Source: Gnetum montanum (lineage: Eukaryota > Plantae > Gnetophyta). From it: a DNA stretch of 64,000 bases. Numbering within the stretch: the first letter of the stretch is position 1; each line of letters opens with the position of its first letter. The notes below the pieces were generated by a model that worked only from the letters and a program-made list of their open reading frames with translations, ran no database searches and was not told the DNA's origin. A program made the translations under genes and the position numbers. Location: NCBI GenBank assembly GCA_015680685.1, contig MNCI01000719.1:117192-181191 (forward strand), in the 5' to 3' direction. Shown piece after piece: positions 37,999 to 51,793 of this stretch.

Positions 37999-40900
37999 CT
38001 ATAATCATAATGAGACCATGGATTAGCAATCATTGTGTAACCTTAAAGTGATTGGGATACCTTTATCTCTTAAGGATGGTTACCCTTGAGCTAAGTTGTG
38101 ATTATGGCTAATTTAATTACTCTAATTATTATTTTATTCATGGGTTATCATTAATAAATCATCTTGGAGGTTATTAGAAGGGTTAACTCTTGAAAAAATT
38201 TGATGTTTATATGTTGTTAAGTTTATTAGACCTTTGGTGGAGTTAGAAAAATTTTCAAAATTTTCATTGATTTTTCATCGAAAACCTTAAGGTTTACAAC
38301 CCCCATGATAAAGATCTTACCTCTGGTAAGTGCAGGGTTAAAAAATGGAGTGATTTGGACAAATGGTTGGGAAGTTATGGGCTCTAGAATGTTTTGGGCT
38401 TTGAAAAGTTGTAAAAAATCCCCATATGTTATGAGCAAATGATGAAAAATTGCAAAGTGTTCAGTGGTATATATAGGGTTTTTGTGTTGTGTTGATGAGG
38501 CCTCATCAATGTAGCTGTTGACCATCATTCATGACCATTGACTTTAGTCTATAAAATACAAAGATTTTTTAAGTGAAATTGGTGTCAAATAAAAGCTTAA
38601 AAGGCCAAGAATAGTATGAAAGCATGAGAAGAGGATGTTGAAGCTCATAAATTTAGAAAAATGGAGAAAAATTGATTCAGAAGATGAATGAAATAGAGGA
38701 TTAAGGAGCATTGAGCAGAATACTCAATGGAATATGTGAAAGATAGGATTGTAGCAATGTCAAAGGTAAGGGACCTTAACTAACCAAACTAGTAGCTATG
38801 CAAGTGGGTCCTCCCCATAGCAAGCTCCTACCTTTTTTGCCCTTGCATAACCTCAACTAAGAAGTCTATGGATCACACAGTCAATTTAATGGCATGACAA
38901 GTTAAGGACCAACTAGAAAGAATCTACTTAAGAATCCCAACACATTAAACCAAGACATAGAACATAACATAGAACACGATAATGAGGTGAGTTATGGTAG
39001 CATGGATGGATGATAAAGAAGGTGGAATGGAGTCCCAAATTAAGGTCATAAGATGTCCCTAGTGGAATTTGTATTTAAAATGACCTGAGAAGATCCATCC
39101 TTAGTCTAGACCAAAACTAGCCACCTTCATTGACTTCTCATCACCAATATAAGACCAATCCACTTACTTGAGATACAAGAGTGCTTTCACAAGACAACCA
39201 CTATTCCACAAAGAGAAGAAAAGAGAAGTAGGAAGTAAGAGAAAGAGGGCCTTAGTTAGAGGGGACCTTTAGGCATAGGTGCATGCTGTTTGAGTCCCAT
39301 AACCAGTGCTTGTAGCCCATTTCTTTGTCCAAGGGATGTGCTTTGAATTCCTATTGTTTTTTTTTTTGAAATGCAAAGCACACCATGCAAGGAATTATTC
39401 ATGTGTAAGGGGTGTGCTTTGAATTCCCATCGTGTTTGTTTATTTATTTTTGGATGGGAACCATACCATGTAAAAACTTTATTTTACTTCCTATTATTGG
39501 GTGGTACGGAATGGTAAGAAGTCCATGAAAAACACTCAAGCACTCAAGTAAGTAGAAGATCACAAAGAGTATTGAGTCCCCTTGAAGTCACACACTTTAC
39601 AAACCTTTGAATCCTTCGTAATTCCTGAATTACCAAGATCATCAATTGATTAAAAGTTTCTTTAATGAAGGGACCTCAAATTCGCAGAACAAGGAAAATC
39701 ATAGAGTTTATCGGATGGGCATATGACGTGGACTCACTACTTATTCCATGAAAAATAAACCATGTTAAAGTCATTAAACATCAAAATTCAAAAATAGAAG
39801 CCAAACATCAAGAATCACAACATTAAGCATAAACCATCATTAGTAAACAACAATAGTGGCATTGTCCTGTGATAATAAAGTAATTTTATTAGAAAAAATA
39901 AGAAAACCTCACACTTGAATCAAAACAAAACCAAACAAAGTAAAATATAAAATATATAATAAAGTGTAAAATAATCAAGAAAGGTTCAAAGGTACAAACA
40001 ATGGTGTAAACTTAGAAAAAATTTGAAAATCCAAAAATTTGTAAACTAAATAACTTGTAAAATTAAAAAAAAAACACTGAAAATAAAAAAGTAGAAAAAT
40101 TGAGAGGCCATATGGATTGTTAGTATGGATGGCCATCTCCCCCATGATTGAGTTTGAAGGAGGAGATCCAAAAAATGGAACATGGTTGTTCATCCATTGA
40201 GGCAGTAGTTGCACTAGGTTGTCTTGGTTCTAGAAAAGGCTTTATTTGTTGGATGTTGACCAAATGATTTTTATTTGGACATTCAGGTTTGTAGATTAAT
40301 AAGACCTTAGAGGGAAAGGTTTGATCAATTATGTAAGGTCCCTCCCACAATGTTTGAAATTTTTCTTTTTGATGTACATGTGTGGGATTCCAATAAGGAA
40401 CCTTATCTTCTGGTTGAAGTTTTACTTTTTTGATTTTGAATTCATGATGTTGCTTGCTAATTGCCTTGTGCACCTCATTCAAGGATAGGGCCCCTAGTTG
40501 ATTTTCATCTAACACATTTAGGTTTATCAATATTTCTTTCTATGTTAGAATTAGGTTAAGATTTAGGTCACAGGCTGTTGAGAGTGTACAGAGTTTGGAT
40601 TGAATTGGTAGCATTGGAAGTTTTCCATACACTAACTCATAGGGAGAATAGCCAATAGGAAGTTTCCAAGTTGAACAATAATCCCAGAGAGCATTGTTAA
40701 TTTTGGTGCTCCAATCCTTCCTATATTTGCTAATGGTTTGTGTTAGTATTTTTGTGATCTCTTGGTTGGTTACCTCTACTTGACCATTGGCTTAGGGTTG
40801 ATAATGTGTTGTTAATTTATGTTCAACCCACAAGTGTTGCATTAATTTTCTAAAAGTAGCACTTGTGAAATAAGTCCCATTATTAGAAATTAGTGAACGT

Positions 40901-42903
40901 GGCATCCCCAAACCTATTTACAATATTTTTTTATATAAATCTAGTAGCAATGGACAATGTACAATTAGTAACGGCTGTTGCTTTTGCCCATTTTGTGCAG
41001 TAGGCAACTGCTACTATAATATATGCCTTTCTATTAGACATGGGTGTGATGGGATCCCTAAAGTTAAGACCCCATATATCAAAAGGTTCTAGTGGTTGAA
41101 TCCACTATTGAGAACCCTCCATTTTGGCGGTTGTCCCCTCGTCTCGTTGATAATGTTCACAAGACTTGATAAACTGGTGGGCATCCCTAAAGATTGTAGG
41201 CCAATAGTATCCTATCATTAAGATTTTTATGGTCGTACACTCCTTGCATAGTGGCCTCTGCAAGGCCCTTCGTGAGCATCTTGGAGAACGTGCAATTGAT
41301 CTTCATCAGGAACACACCAATGAATCAGGCCATTAGCACACACCTTGTAGAGATGTCCATTGACTTCCATGAAATATTTGATCTAATGAAGAAATTATTG
41401 CTTCTTTGTAAAATCCAAATCTTGTGGGATCTCCTAAGTAAGAAGATAAGTGAGGATGCCATTATAACATGTTGCTTTTCCATTCATTTGTTCACTTATT
41501 GCTCTTGTAAAGAGGAGTTCATCTAGAAACTGATTAGAGAGAAGGCTCTCCTCCTATTTATTATTTCATCTTAAGCAAGAGAGGTGGTCAGCGACCACAT
41601 TCTCGGTCCCTTTTCAATCTACCATTATGAGATTGAATTCCTATAAGATCATAAGCCATCGTATGACATGAGGGCTCATCATTAGCTTATTCATGAGAAA
41701 GCGGACTGCACTATGGTCCATATGCACAAATACTTTGTAACCAAGCACATAGTGCCTGAAGTTTTCCAGAGCATACACCATTGCCATTAATTTCTTTTCT
41801 ATGGTGGTGTGATTTAATTATGCTCCCACAATGCTTTGACTCACACAGTGGATGTAATATGGACATTTCTTATCATCCATCTATGTGAGCACTACTCCCA
41901 AGGCTTAGTTAGATGCATCCATCATGATATGGAAGGGTCTAGACTAGTCTGGTGCTCATAGGATTGGTGTTTCTATGAGTTTCTCTTTTAACTATTGGAA
42001 TGCATGCTCACATTCCTTGGTCAAGATGAAAGGTGCATCTTTCTTTTTAAGCTCTACCAATGGCTTTGCGATCTTAGAGAAATTCTCTATGAATTACCAG
42101 TAGTAGCCAATGTATCCATGGAATGAGAAAACATCTTTAACAATCTCTAATTGGCATGTTATTCATTGGATGACCCTTATCTTCTAGGTCTACCTAAATC
42201 CCTTTTTGTGAAATTTGGTGCCCGAGCACAATGCCATCGTGGGCCATGAGATGACTCTTTTACTAGTTGAGCCACAAGTTTATCTCAACACATCTCTTCA
42301 ATACTTGTTCCAAGTAGTCTAAGGCTTGCTCAAATGTAGCTCCATAGGGGGAAAAGTCATCCATGATTACTTGTACACCACTACCAATCTACTGTTGGAA
42401 GATACTAAGGACCAAGCATTGAAATGTTGCAAGGGAATTACACAGACCAAATGGCATCTTATAATATGCAAAAGTCCCCTAGGGACTCATGAATGTTATC
42501 TTGGACTAGTCTTCTTGTGCAATTTGGATTTGGTTATAGCCACTATAACCACCCAAGAAGCTATAATAACAATGCCTAGATATGGTGTCTAATACTTGAT
42601 CCATAAATGGCAATAGGAAATGATCTTTAAATGTTGCCATATTCAACAACTTGAAATCAATGTAGACCTACCATTTTCCATCTTTCTTTGGCAAAATCAT
42701 GAGTGGGCTAACCCACTCATTGTCCATGATGGAATAGAGGAACCCTGCCTTGAGGAGTTTTTCAATTTCCTCCTTGACGATCTACTTCAATTTGGGATTC
42801 AGCCACCTTTTTGGCTGCCTTCTAGACTTCATGACTAGGTCAATGTAGATGCGATGCTGGGATATCCTTGGATCGATTCCTCTTAGCTCAAGATATGAGC
42901 AAG

Positions 42904-45900
42904 TGATGAGTGGTGAGGTACCCCTACACTCAACCATACGAATACAAGCGTTCACGCACGATCTACTTGAACTCTGTGGATAGGCTAGTTGTGGTATCTA
43001 GATAGTTACATGTTGATCGCAGTTTGCTGTCTTCCCACATGGACTAGTATTTTCTTTGTGATGTATGATTTAGTCCAAAGTGAGGCGTATGATATGATCC
43101 TAAACTAGTGCTACTCCTAGAGACAATGGAACATAATCTTGATTAAACTAATGAGTAATAGGAAATAAAGTCTAAGCTAACCTAAGTATGATGAGCATCC
43201 GTTCCTTAATCATCTGTACACATCTTAGACCTCGTGCACGACTACTACTGGGATTACCAAGCGTAGATCCTAGGTATGCTACTGGGTTACCAAGTAGTCA
43301 CACTTAAATGCTCATGATTAAGTCGTACTGATTCCGCATTTAACAATAAGAATAGTAAATGATGATAAGAAATATTAACTAAGAAAACAATAAATAACAA
43401 TAACAGTTAAACAACTAAAACTAAGTGAATGCTGCAATGATGAAGTAATCTCGATCTTTATTTCCGGTCATGTGCGCATCCAAGTACATCACACTCGAAT
43501 ACAGGTTCCATACAATCACAAGCATCACACTATGGGTATGCACTGGGAAAATATTCTAACTCCTATAGAAACAAAGTGCAAGGGGTTCACTACAACTACT
43601 AGAAAGATGCCTAAGTGCGACAAGTGCGCACTTATTTATAGGCTAGAATAGACGTTGTGTATACGGGGCCTAGTATACATAGTAGGCTTAGAATATGAGG
43701 TCACGTATACGGGGCCACGTATATGAGGCCTAATATATGTAGTCCTCAAAAACCATGATTCATCATACCCCCATCACTGAATAACAACTCGTCCTTGAGT
43801 CAAAGAAAGTGAGGAACAAGCTCAATTGAATACACAGTGGATAGGTATGGGATTATTGACTGACTAGAAATTTATTTATGCTACAGTGGAGGATTAAACA
43901 AAATTTGGACATAGACACAAAACTTGTGGAACTCATGGGGTTCCCAACAGTGGTGGCTCTTCCATGGGTGCCTTTCCTTTGTCCTGCACACCAGGCTTCT
44001 GTGATTGATACCATTGAAGAAGCACCTGACATTTCTCCTCTTCTATTTCAGGAATATGAGCCATCCATGCTGATGTTCCAATGTTTAATGAAGTCGGCAT
44101 TTCCCATGGGCATGGTAGCTATGGGAACACTTGATTGGCCTTGACATGCATGCCACAGATAGCCGTCGTTCCTCTTCATAGGCTTGGGCCCTGACCTCTC
44201 CTCCTTTTGCTTGGATAGATTATGCAGTAATAGGAGCTCCATGATGGATGCTGAATGATTGTGCCTTCCGCTCTGCATGTTTTGCATGAGGTCCTTGGCC
44301 TCTGCCTCCCCTAGGTCATTCGGTTGCACCTTGCAAAGGTCCTCCTTGTTGGCTTCTTTTAGGGGCCATCTATAATCACACAAAGATCAATTGTTAGTAA
44401 GGTTATTGAAAAAAGTTCAATGATTTCATACCTTACTCATTGCCTTTAATAAATGTTGAATGCTTTACTTAGTGTGATTTTAGAGTTAGAGAAATTTTTC
44501 AAGGAAGTTGCCCTAAAAGCTTAATGTTAGACCTGGTTTTGAGGAACGTTTGATAAAATGATGACAAAGGAAAGAATAAATTTGGCAATGAAGTACTCGG
44601 AGGGTATAAGATGATGTGGTGGTGTGCAACAAGTACAAATTACAAAAGTCACACAAGTGGGTGCTCCCCAAAGCAAGATCCAACCTATAATTCCCTTGCG
44701 TAACCACACCTTAAAATGTCCATAGGCACTAGAAGGGTTAAATGTAATCTATATCGATGCAAAAAAACACACACATGTAGATACCACCGTGATGAGGTAT
44801 GAATTCAATGCTACACAAGACACGAGTCACAAATACATGAACAACGAGATGGGATGAATCAGAGAAAGGGTTGCAGAGATTGGGACATGAGGCTATTGAC
44901 TTCGGGCACCATGAATCTTGAGTGTAGGGCATGATTAATGTGTCATTAGCCCATCGCTCCAAAATCAAGACCAAGTCCATTCCTTTGATCAGTGACATTG
45001 CATCGTTTCATCCAATGATGGACAACCATAAGAGCACCATGACAACAAGGTGTACGATCACTTGGTGTTTTGTGCAAGGGAGGAGTGACTTAGAATTTCT
45101 TTGCGACATACTTTTTTATTTGGTTGCTTTGACACACTCTCTTCTCCCTCTCTTCTCTCCCTTCTCTTCCTTTTTTTGTTTTTTGTTTTGTTTTTGTTAT
45201 TATTGGATGCCTTTAATACTCTTACTCCCATTTTTCGTTAGATCTACAAGGATCTTAGTACAACCAAGCTGCATGATAGTACCTACAGATGTCACCAAAA
45301 AGAATCCACAACTTCCCTTGATGTCACACCCTAGCCATTCCCTCTTAGTCCATCATTTTTCACTCTAGGCATAATGAGCATAAAATTACTTTAAGTTTTA
45401 ATGATGTCAAGAATATCATCGTACCTAGAGTAGAACTTCTTATTAATAGAATGGCTGGGTGGATTTGATGGGATCACTGTTCAAATAATTAGTTACCTAA
45501 GATTTGATAGCATAGAATAACACCTCAACCAACGAGTCACATGAGTGGTTTATTTGTAGATGAGATTACTCATAAAAAGATAAAAAGACAAAAAGATAAA
45601 ACAATAAATTAAAAGGTGAAAAACTGGAAAAAAAGTTGAAAAATTAAAGAAACAGAAAACATTTATTAATTTTGTGTTGTTAGAATGGAGGATACCCCCC
45701 ATAACTAAATGGTTGGACATGGCTAAAATTAATAAATGGAAGGTGGGAATCCTTGCATGTTGAAAATATTGGGACCTGGTCATACTTACCCCATTGGGGT
45801 TCACACACTTGATTAGAGTTGACATAGTGGGGCAAGTTATAAGATGTGGTTAATTTATAAGGAGTTGACCCACTATGGTACTTGTGACCGTAAGATGGTA

Positions 45901-47299
45901 TGCAAGGATCAACATGTCTCCCCATGTGGAAATATTCATTGGTCCCCATGGTTGTTGGAGTATTGAGTGATGGCCTCGATAAGGTAACATGAGACGTTGG
46001 TTTCGAAAACGAAGATGCACCACAGTGTTGGATTTGTGCTGAGTTGGCGGATGTAGTGGTTTCTAAACTATGGTGTCCCTTTCGATGGTCACATCTAAAG
46101 AAGGGATGCCTTCGATGTTGTGAAGGACCTCCACTACTGTTGATAGTAGTAGCACAAGTAACGTTTGCGGGTCGGTGTTGTGGTGCAAAATCTTTTGGCA
46201 TAGCTGGTAGTGATGTAGAAGGGGGTGAAGTATGAGAATATTGAGGTTGAGGAGAAGTGTAAGGCACATGAGGTGGTGATCTTGTTGGAGAGGACATGGG
46301 TGGATAGTACTTAGGAGAATGATAACGATGAGGTGAGGTAGAGGATGTTGATCCCATTGGAGAAACATGGTGTTGAACATAATAAGCATTTGACGCTGGG
46401 ACATATGAAGGGTATGGTCCAGTTGGCGGTGGCCTTCCCCATGACTGAGGTTTTTGCCAATGTGGTTGGACACATTATTTTTGTATGAAATTTGGATGTA
46501 ACATTCGTCTCCAATGCTCATGTAAATATGACAAAATTGGACATTGACCTTTGGGGTGATCGTACAAGAAAATATTACATTGATACATATGATTGGGAGT
46601 TGATCCTAAACTAGTACTACTCCTAGAGACAATGGAACATAATCTTGATTAAACTAATGAGTAATAGGAAATGATGTCAGAGCTAACCTAAGTGCGATGA
46701 GCATCCGTTCTGTAATCATCCATACACATCTTGGACCTCGTGCATGACTACTACATGGATTACCAAGCATAAATCCTAGGTACTCCACTGGGTTACTAAG
46801 TAGTCACACTTAAATGCTCGTGATTAAGTCATACTCATTCCGCATTTAACAACCGGAATAGTAAATGGTGATAATGAAGTATTAACTAAGAAAATAATAA
46901 ATAACAATAACAATTAAACAACTAAAACTAAGTGAATGCTGCAATGATGAAGTAATCTCGATCTTTATTTTTGTTCATGTGCACGTCCAAGTACGTCACA
47001 CTCAAATAAAGGTGTCATACAATTACAAGCATCACATTGTGGGCATGCACTAGGAAAATATTCTAACTCCTATGGAAAAAAATGCAAGGGGTTCACTACA
47101 ACTACTAGAAAGGTGCCTAAGTGCGGCAGGTGCACACTTATTTATATACTAGAATAGATGTTGCATATACGGGGCTGTGTATATTGGGCCTAGAATACGT
47201 AGTGGGACTAGTATATGGGGCCTAGTATATGGGGCCACGTATACGAGGCCTAGTATACGAGGCTTAATATACGTAGTCCCCGAAAATCATGATTCATCA
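42904..47299 (-). mobile_element. Element D: pol-less relative of C, inserted in the RT of C
   Basis: TSD gcaag/ccaag (42899-42903 and 47300-47304). Full LTR at 42904-43765 with a PPT (tacccccatcact). The partial LTR 46601-47299 lacks ~190 bp and the PBS. The interior holds a Gag C-terminal remnant (46590-45680) and a short accessory ORF from 44369. Confidence 0.88.
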
Positions 47300-50200
47300 C
47301 CAAGCAAAGGTTGTTGGCCATTTTTTGATCACCTTCAACAGCTTTTCTTTTTGTTTAGGAGCAAGTTTGGCATTAATTATGACCAATTTACCATTCTTTA
47401 AAAATGCATACTCCATACTGGTCAGTAAATTTTTTAGCTCTAAAGGCTCCTGCTTAAAGTTATCAAGGATTTCTAACTCTCCTCAACAAGTATCATCATC
47501 TTCATTAAAGAGTTGTGAATGATCTTATTTAATTTTGTCCATGCCTTCAACATAAGCATACATTAGGCTCTCAGTTGGTTCCATGCATAATGTGCTACTA
47601 TTCGAGTCAGCTATCAACCACTGCGTGCCCTCCTACTTTGTGGCTGTTGTGTATAAACACCTTTGAATATTGATTTCTTATGCACATTGATTGCGTGTTT
47701 TAATGTGTGTACTCCTGATTGATTAAATCTTTTGCATGTAATTGCCCTCATTATCGTTGTATGCAATGCGTGGAATACACTTCTTCTTAATCTTGCCTAG
47801 TTCATTTTCCTTGGATATTTACAAAGATAGGTCCTTTATGCCGATACGTGCGTCGATTATGCTTAACCAAGCCCTTCCCATAATGATGGGGAAGTCACTT
47901 TTGCAGTTTTCCACCTTGATCACCAGAAAATTAGCAAGATAGGGCCACCCACAAACCGTAGTCACAATGTCCTGTACTAATCCTAGAGGGACAGTAATCA
48001 ATTGATATGCTAATTCTAGATGAATGTTTCTCTTCTTAAGATGTGGTAGGTTCTAGGCCTCATATGTCTCATGGGAGATGAGATTAACTTCAGAACCAGA
48101 GTCAAGAAGAGCCTTGCATGGCTCATGTCTAGCAATCTGCAAGTAAATGAGTGCACTTCCTAGGTCAAATATTTTCGTAGGAAGATTTCTAGCCTTGATC
48201 TAATCAGAAATATCATGAGTTAGCATTACAATGCAAATATGAGGTGGCACTTAGTTTAAAGGGCACTTGAAGGTATTTGATGTAGAGGATGAGGGTGTTG
48301 AAGATGTAGGAGGATCAACTAGACTAGATTGTGAGGGTTGAAGAGGATTACTGGGTAGGAAGAAAGGTCTTTTTCTTGATCGATTGTCTAGAAAGCTAGT
48401 TGTGAATGTACAAACCTCATAGCATTTTTTTGATGTGGATGTGGAGGAATTTCACCCTGCATGGATGGAGTAGGAGGTAATTGGGTTGAAGGCGAAGGTG
48501 TATGTGCAAAGGGATGGAGAGGATGGTATATATATGGGTTCTCTCCTTGAGTAGATGGTGAATGTGTTTGATGATACTCTGGAGGGTAATAGTGATGCTA
48601 AAATGATGTGTGACTTACAGAACTTCTAGGGGAGATAGGTTGTTGAACATAGTACCTGTATGGATCTAGTTGCCTATAAGGGTACTACTACCTTGGTGGT
48701 GACATTCCCCATGATTATGGTTGGTACCACTATTGGTATTGTTTATAAGGTTGTGGAAGAGTTCCACTTGGGTAGTAAGCTTGTTATTGCTAGTGGAATT
48801 GCCTTGGATTATCTTGAGATTAAGGCAATAATCTAGGTGCCTGCCTATGTGCTAATTGAGGATTCAATGCATACACCCTAGACTCTTGTAAGTGTAACAT
48901 CATAGGGAAACATCCCTTTGAATGTTCGTATTGATAGATGTCACAATCAATTTCATCATTAGAGTCGATTTCCATAACTTCCTTGACTATAGTAGCTTTT
49001 CCCTTACCTCTTTGGTAGGCATGTTCAACTGCTTTTTGCCTCCTACAACTATGATCACTATTTTGATCTTTAGATTCTTCAATAATCTTCAAAGCAGTTT
49101 GAAAATTTTCATCTAAAGAGTCCCATAACTTGTTAACCTTGGTAGAAATATCAGAGATAGATTTTTGGATGGGCAATGTCTTCCTGTTCACCACTTCATC
49201 AAGTGGTGACTTCTCCTCATCACAAAATCGGACCTCTCGTTTTCTGATGGAAGGGTCCCTATTATACTCTTTAGCACTTTCACATTTTTCATAGCTCACC
49301 TTCTTCCTTTTCTATCTACTTAATTAGCCTTTGGATCTAATAAGCTCTCAGTTCAGCCAATCTTTATTGGGCATACACCCCAAGGGTTTTTCTTGTTTCC
49401 ACTCCGAGTCCATCTATAGTGTGGCAAAGTTGTTTCCTTTGAGAATAACCATGGCTAGGGCATTAGTGTAAGAGTGAATAGTGTTAGCCCATGGTAGCAT
49501 CCAAGGGTTCATTTGCTCCCTATTTTTAGCCTTGGATTTTCCTTCTTAGATTAGACACTCAAGAGTACATTTGGTATTTGTCATTATATAGCTCTAACAT
49601 GGTACTCCATCAGTGAATGGATTTTGGCTCTAAGGATTGGTACCAAATTTCAGCTTCCTTGATGAGTATCCTAGGAAAGAGTTTGAGTTTCTACCATTCA
49701 TTCTCTATGTTCTGTAAGGCACATGCATCATGAAAAGCTTGTAGATGTGTCTATGGATCAGAGTTGTATCCCCCCTCAAATCTTGGGATATTATTCATGT
49801 CTAAGCACTTGATCTGACTATATTTCATATTCTTGGTTTAAATTTTAACTACCTTTGCAATGTTAAGCATGCTTCAAGTTGCTAATAGAGGTTTATCATC
49901 ATCACTGCATCTATGACATCAATGATGGTTTTGGCCACCCCTTCGATCTTGGTGACTTTCATAGTCATTATTGTCACGTTGATTATCTTCATCATGGTTA
50001 TTTTGATTATGGCTTTTGTAAGAATAGTCAAATGAAGAGGAATGTTTAGAATTGGATGAAGAGGATGAAGAGGAAGGTGGATTGCCACTTCCACCACCAC
50101 TGTGATGTATGCCATCACGTTTTCACTTATTACAATCATCATCCTTAGATCCCTTGCCATTATGATGCTTACCTAAGTCCCTACCTTGGCGATCACTTTT

Positions 50201-50856
50201 TTCTAAACCTAATTTATGAATAGTGGATTGCAGGTTCAGGTTCACACCCTCGTCACCAAGATTAGGAGGTGGAAAATCTTCATGTTGAGAACCTTCAAAT
50301 AAAGGATCCTCATTGTCATCTTGATCTAGTAGGAACAAGGGATTAGTGAAATGTTTCCCCTTCATAGCATTGTGGAGGTTCTCATGACGTCTATCTTGTT
50401 TACGTTGTGTTTTAGTGGAACAGTAGTTTCAAATGTCATAACCATTCACAATGTATTCTTCGTGAAGATTTTCTATGTCCAACTTCTTAAGGATTTTCAA
50501 CAGCATCTCGAGCATAGATCTATTAGGGGGCAAGATGATGTTGCCCTCCATATCACACCATCACAATTGTTCATCCTGATGTAGGATGAAGGTGAAGTTT
50601 GACACAAACTCATCTGGATGAGTATATACAAGTTTACACTCCTATGAGATTGGCATTTTGACATCCTTGTGCTTTTGAGAAGAAGAAGACATTTTGCAAA
50701 AATAAATAAATAAGTAAAATTATCAGTGTGCTTTTATAATTTTATGTATAGTGGGAATGATATTAACCTTGAGCTTCATACAATGATATTAATGGTAATC
50801 ACTTAAACCTAAATAGTGCATGTTTCAACAAACAAAGTTCCCAAAAATGGCATCAA

Positions 50857-51793
50857 TGATAAGCGATGAGGTACCCTTATGCCCAACCATACGAATCACA
50901 AAGTGTTCATGTGTGATCTGGTTGAATTCTATGGACTTTATTGTTTCTGGTGTACTAGTCCTCTAGGAAGTGAATATTGCCTTAAGGACAATCATTGTCT
51001 TCCCAAATACAATTGTGATGTACACTGGTATGGTTAATTATAATTGAGGCATATGATTTTTATCATTTTTTATTTTATGATTTTGGTGTTCAAAGGAAGA
51101 TAAAAGTGATAGGATTAACTAATTTAAATTAACTAAGTAACTAGCATCTAACTAATCCTAACATAAGCATCCAATCCCACTTTTCGTATACATCCTGACC
51201 TCACGTATCCACTACTGGGTGACCAAGCGCTATGCTACTAGGCATACCAAGCAATAATGCTGCTAGGATTACCAAGCAAATATGTGTTACGTTCGAAGTG
51301 GTCATACTTATGTGTTTAATGTATTTGGCTTAATTGCTTTACTAACTTAAATTTTTGAAAACATTTAATAAACAATTAGAAACATTTAACAAATAATTGA
51401 GAACATTAAATACATAAATAAAATAGCTAATCTATCCAAAGTGCTGCAAGGTTTATTAGAAAGCTCATCTTTATTGTTGCACACACTATTGTGCTTAGGT
51501 ACAAAAATGCTCGAATAAAGATCCATACACTTGATGAGTCTTGCTGCAGGCACTTGAGGAAAAAATTCTAACTTTCAAATGGAAAAATTGTAAGAGTTTT
51601 GCTGTAACTACAATCTATTATGCCATAAATGCAGTTGGTATGTGTGTATTTATAGTCAAAAACCAACATTGCATCGATGGGGCCTCGTTGATGCATGATA
51701 AGATGCATCAACTAGGCCTCATCAACAAGGCCTAGTCGACGAGCCCATGTTAATGAGGCTTCATTAACATAGCCAATCGAAACTGACTCATCA
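50857..51793 (-). repeat. Element C 5' LTR
   Basis: 937 bp, collinear with the 938-bp copy at 33949; PBS remnant adjacent on the left. Confidence 0.92.

Larger units (their letters stand above)
33949..51793 (-). mobile_element. Element C: Athila-like non-chromovirus Ty3/Gypsy with a 3' accessory ORF, inserted in the RT of B
   Basis: TSD ttact/ttatt (33944-33948 and 51794-51798). Gag ~50350-48300; protease ALLDSGSEVNLI at ~48100. RT is split by D at 47300/42903 (FA.SY.ELRGIDP), with YYKMPFGLCN and IMDDF. Integrase 41400-40200 includes WEGPY. A decayed tRNA-Asp-type PBS lies at ~50838-50856. Confidence 0.9.
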
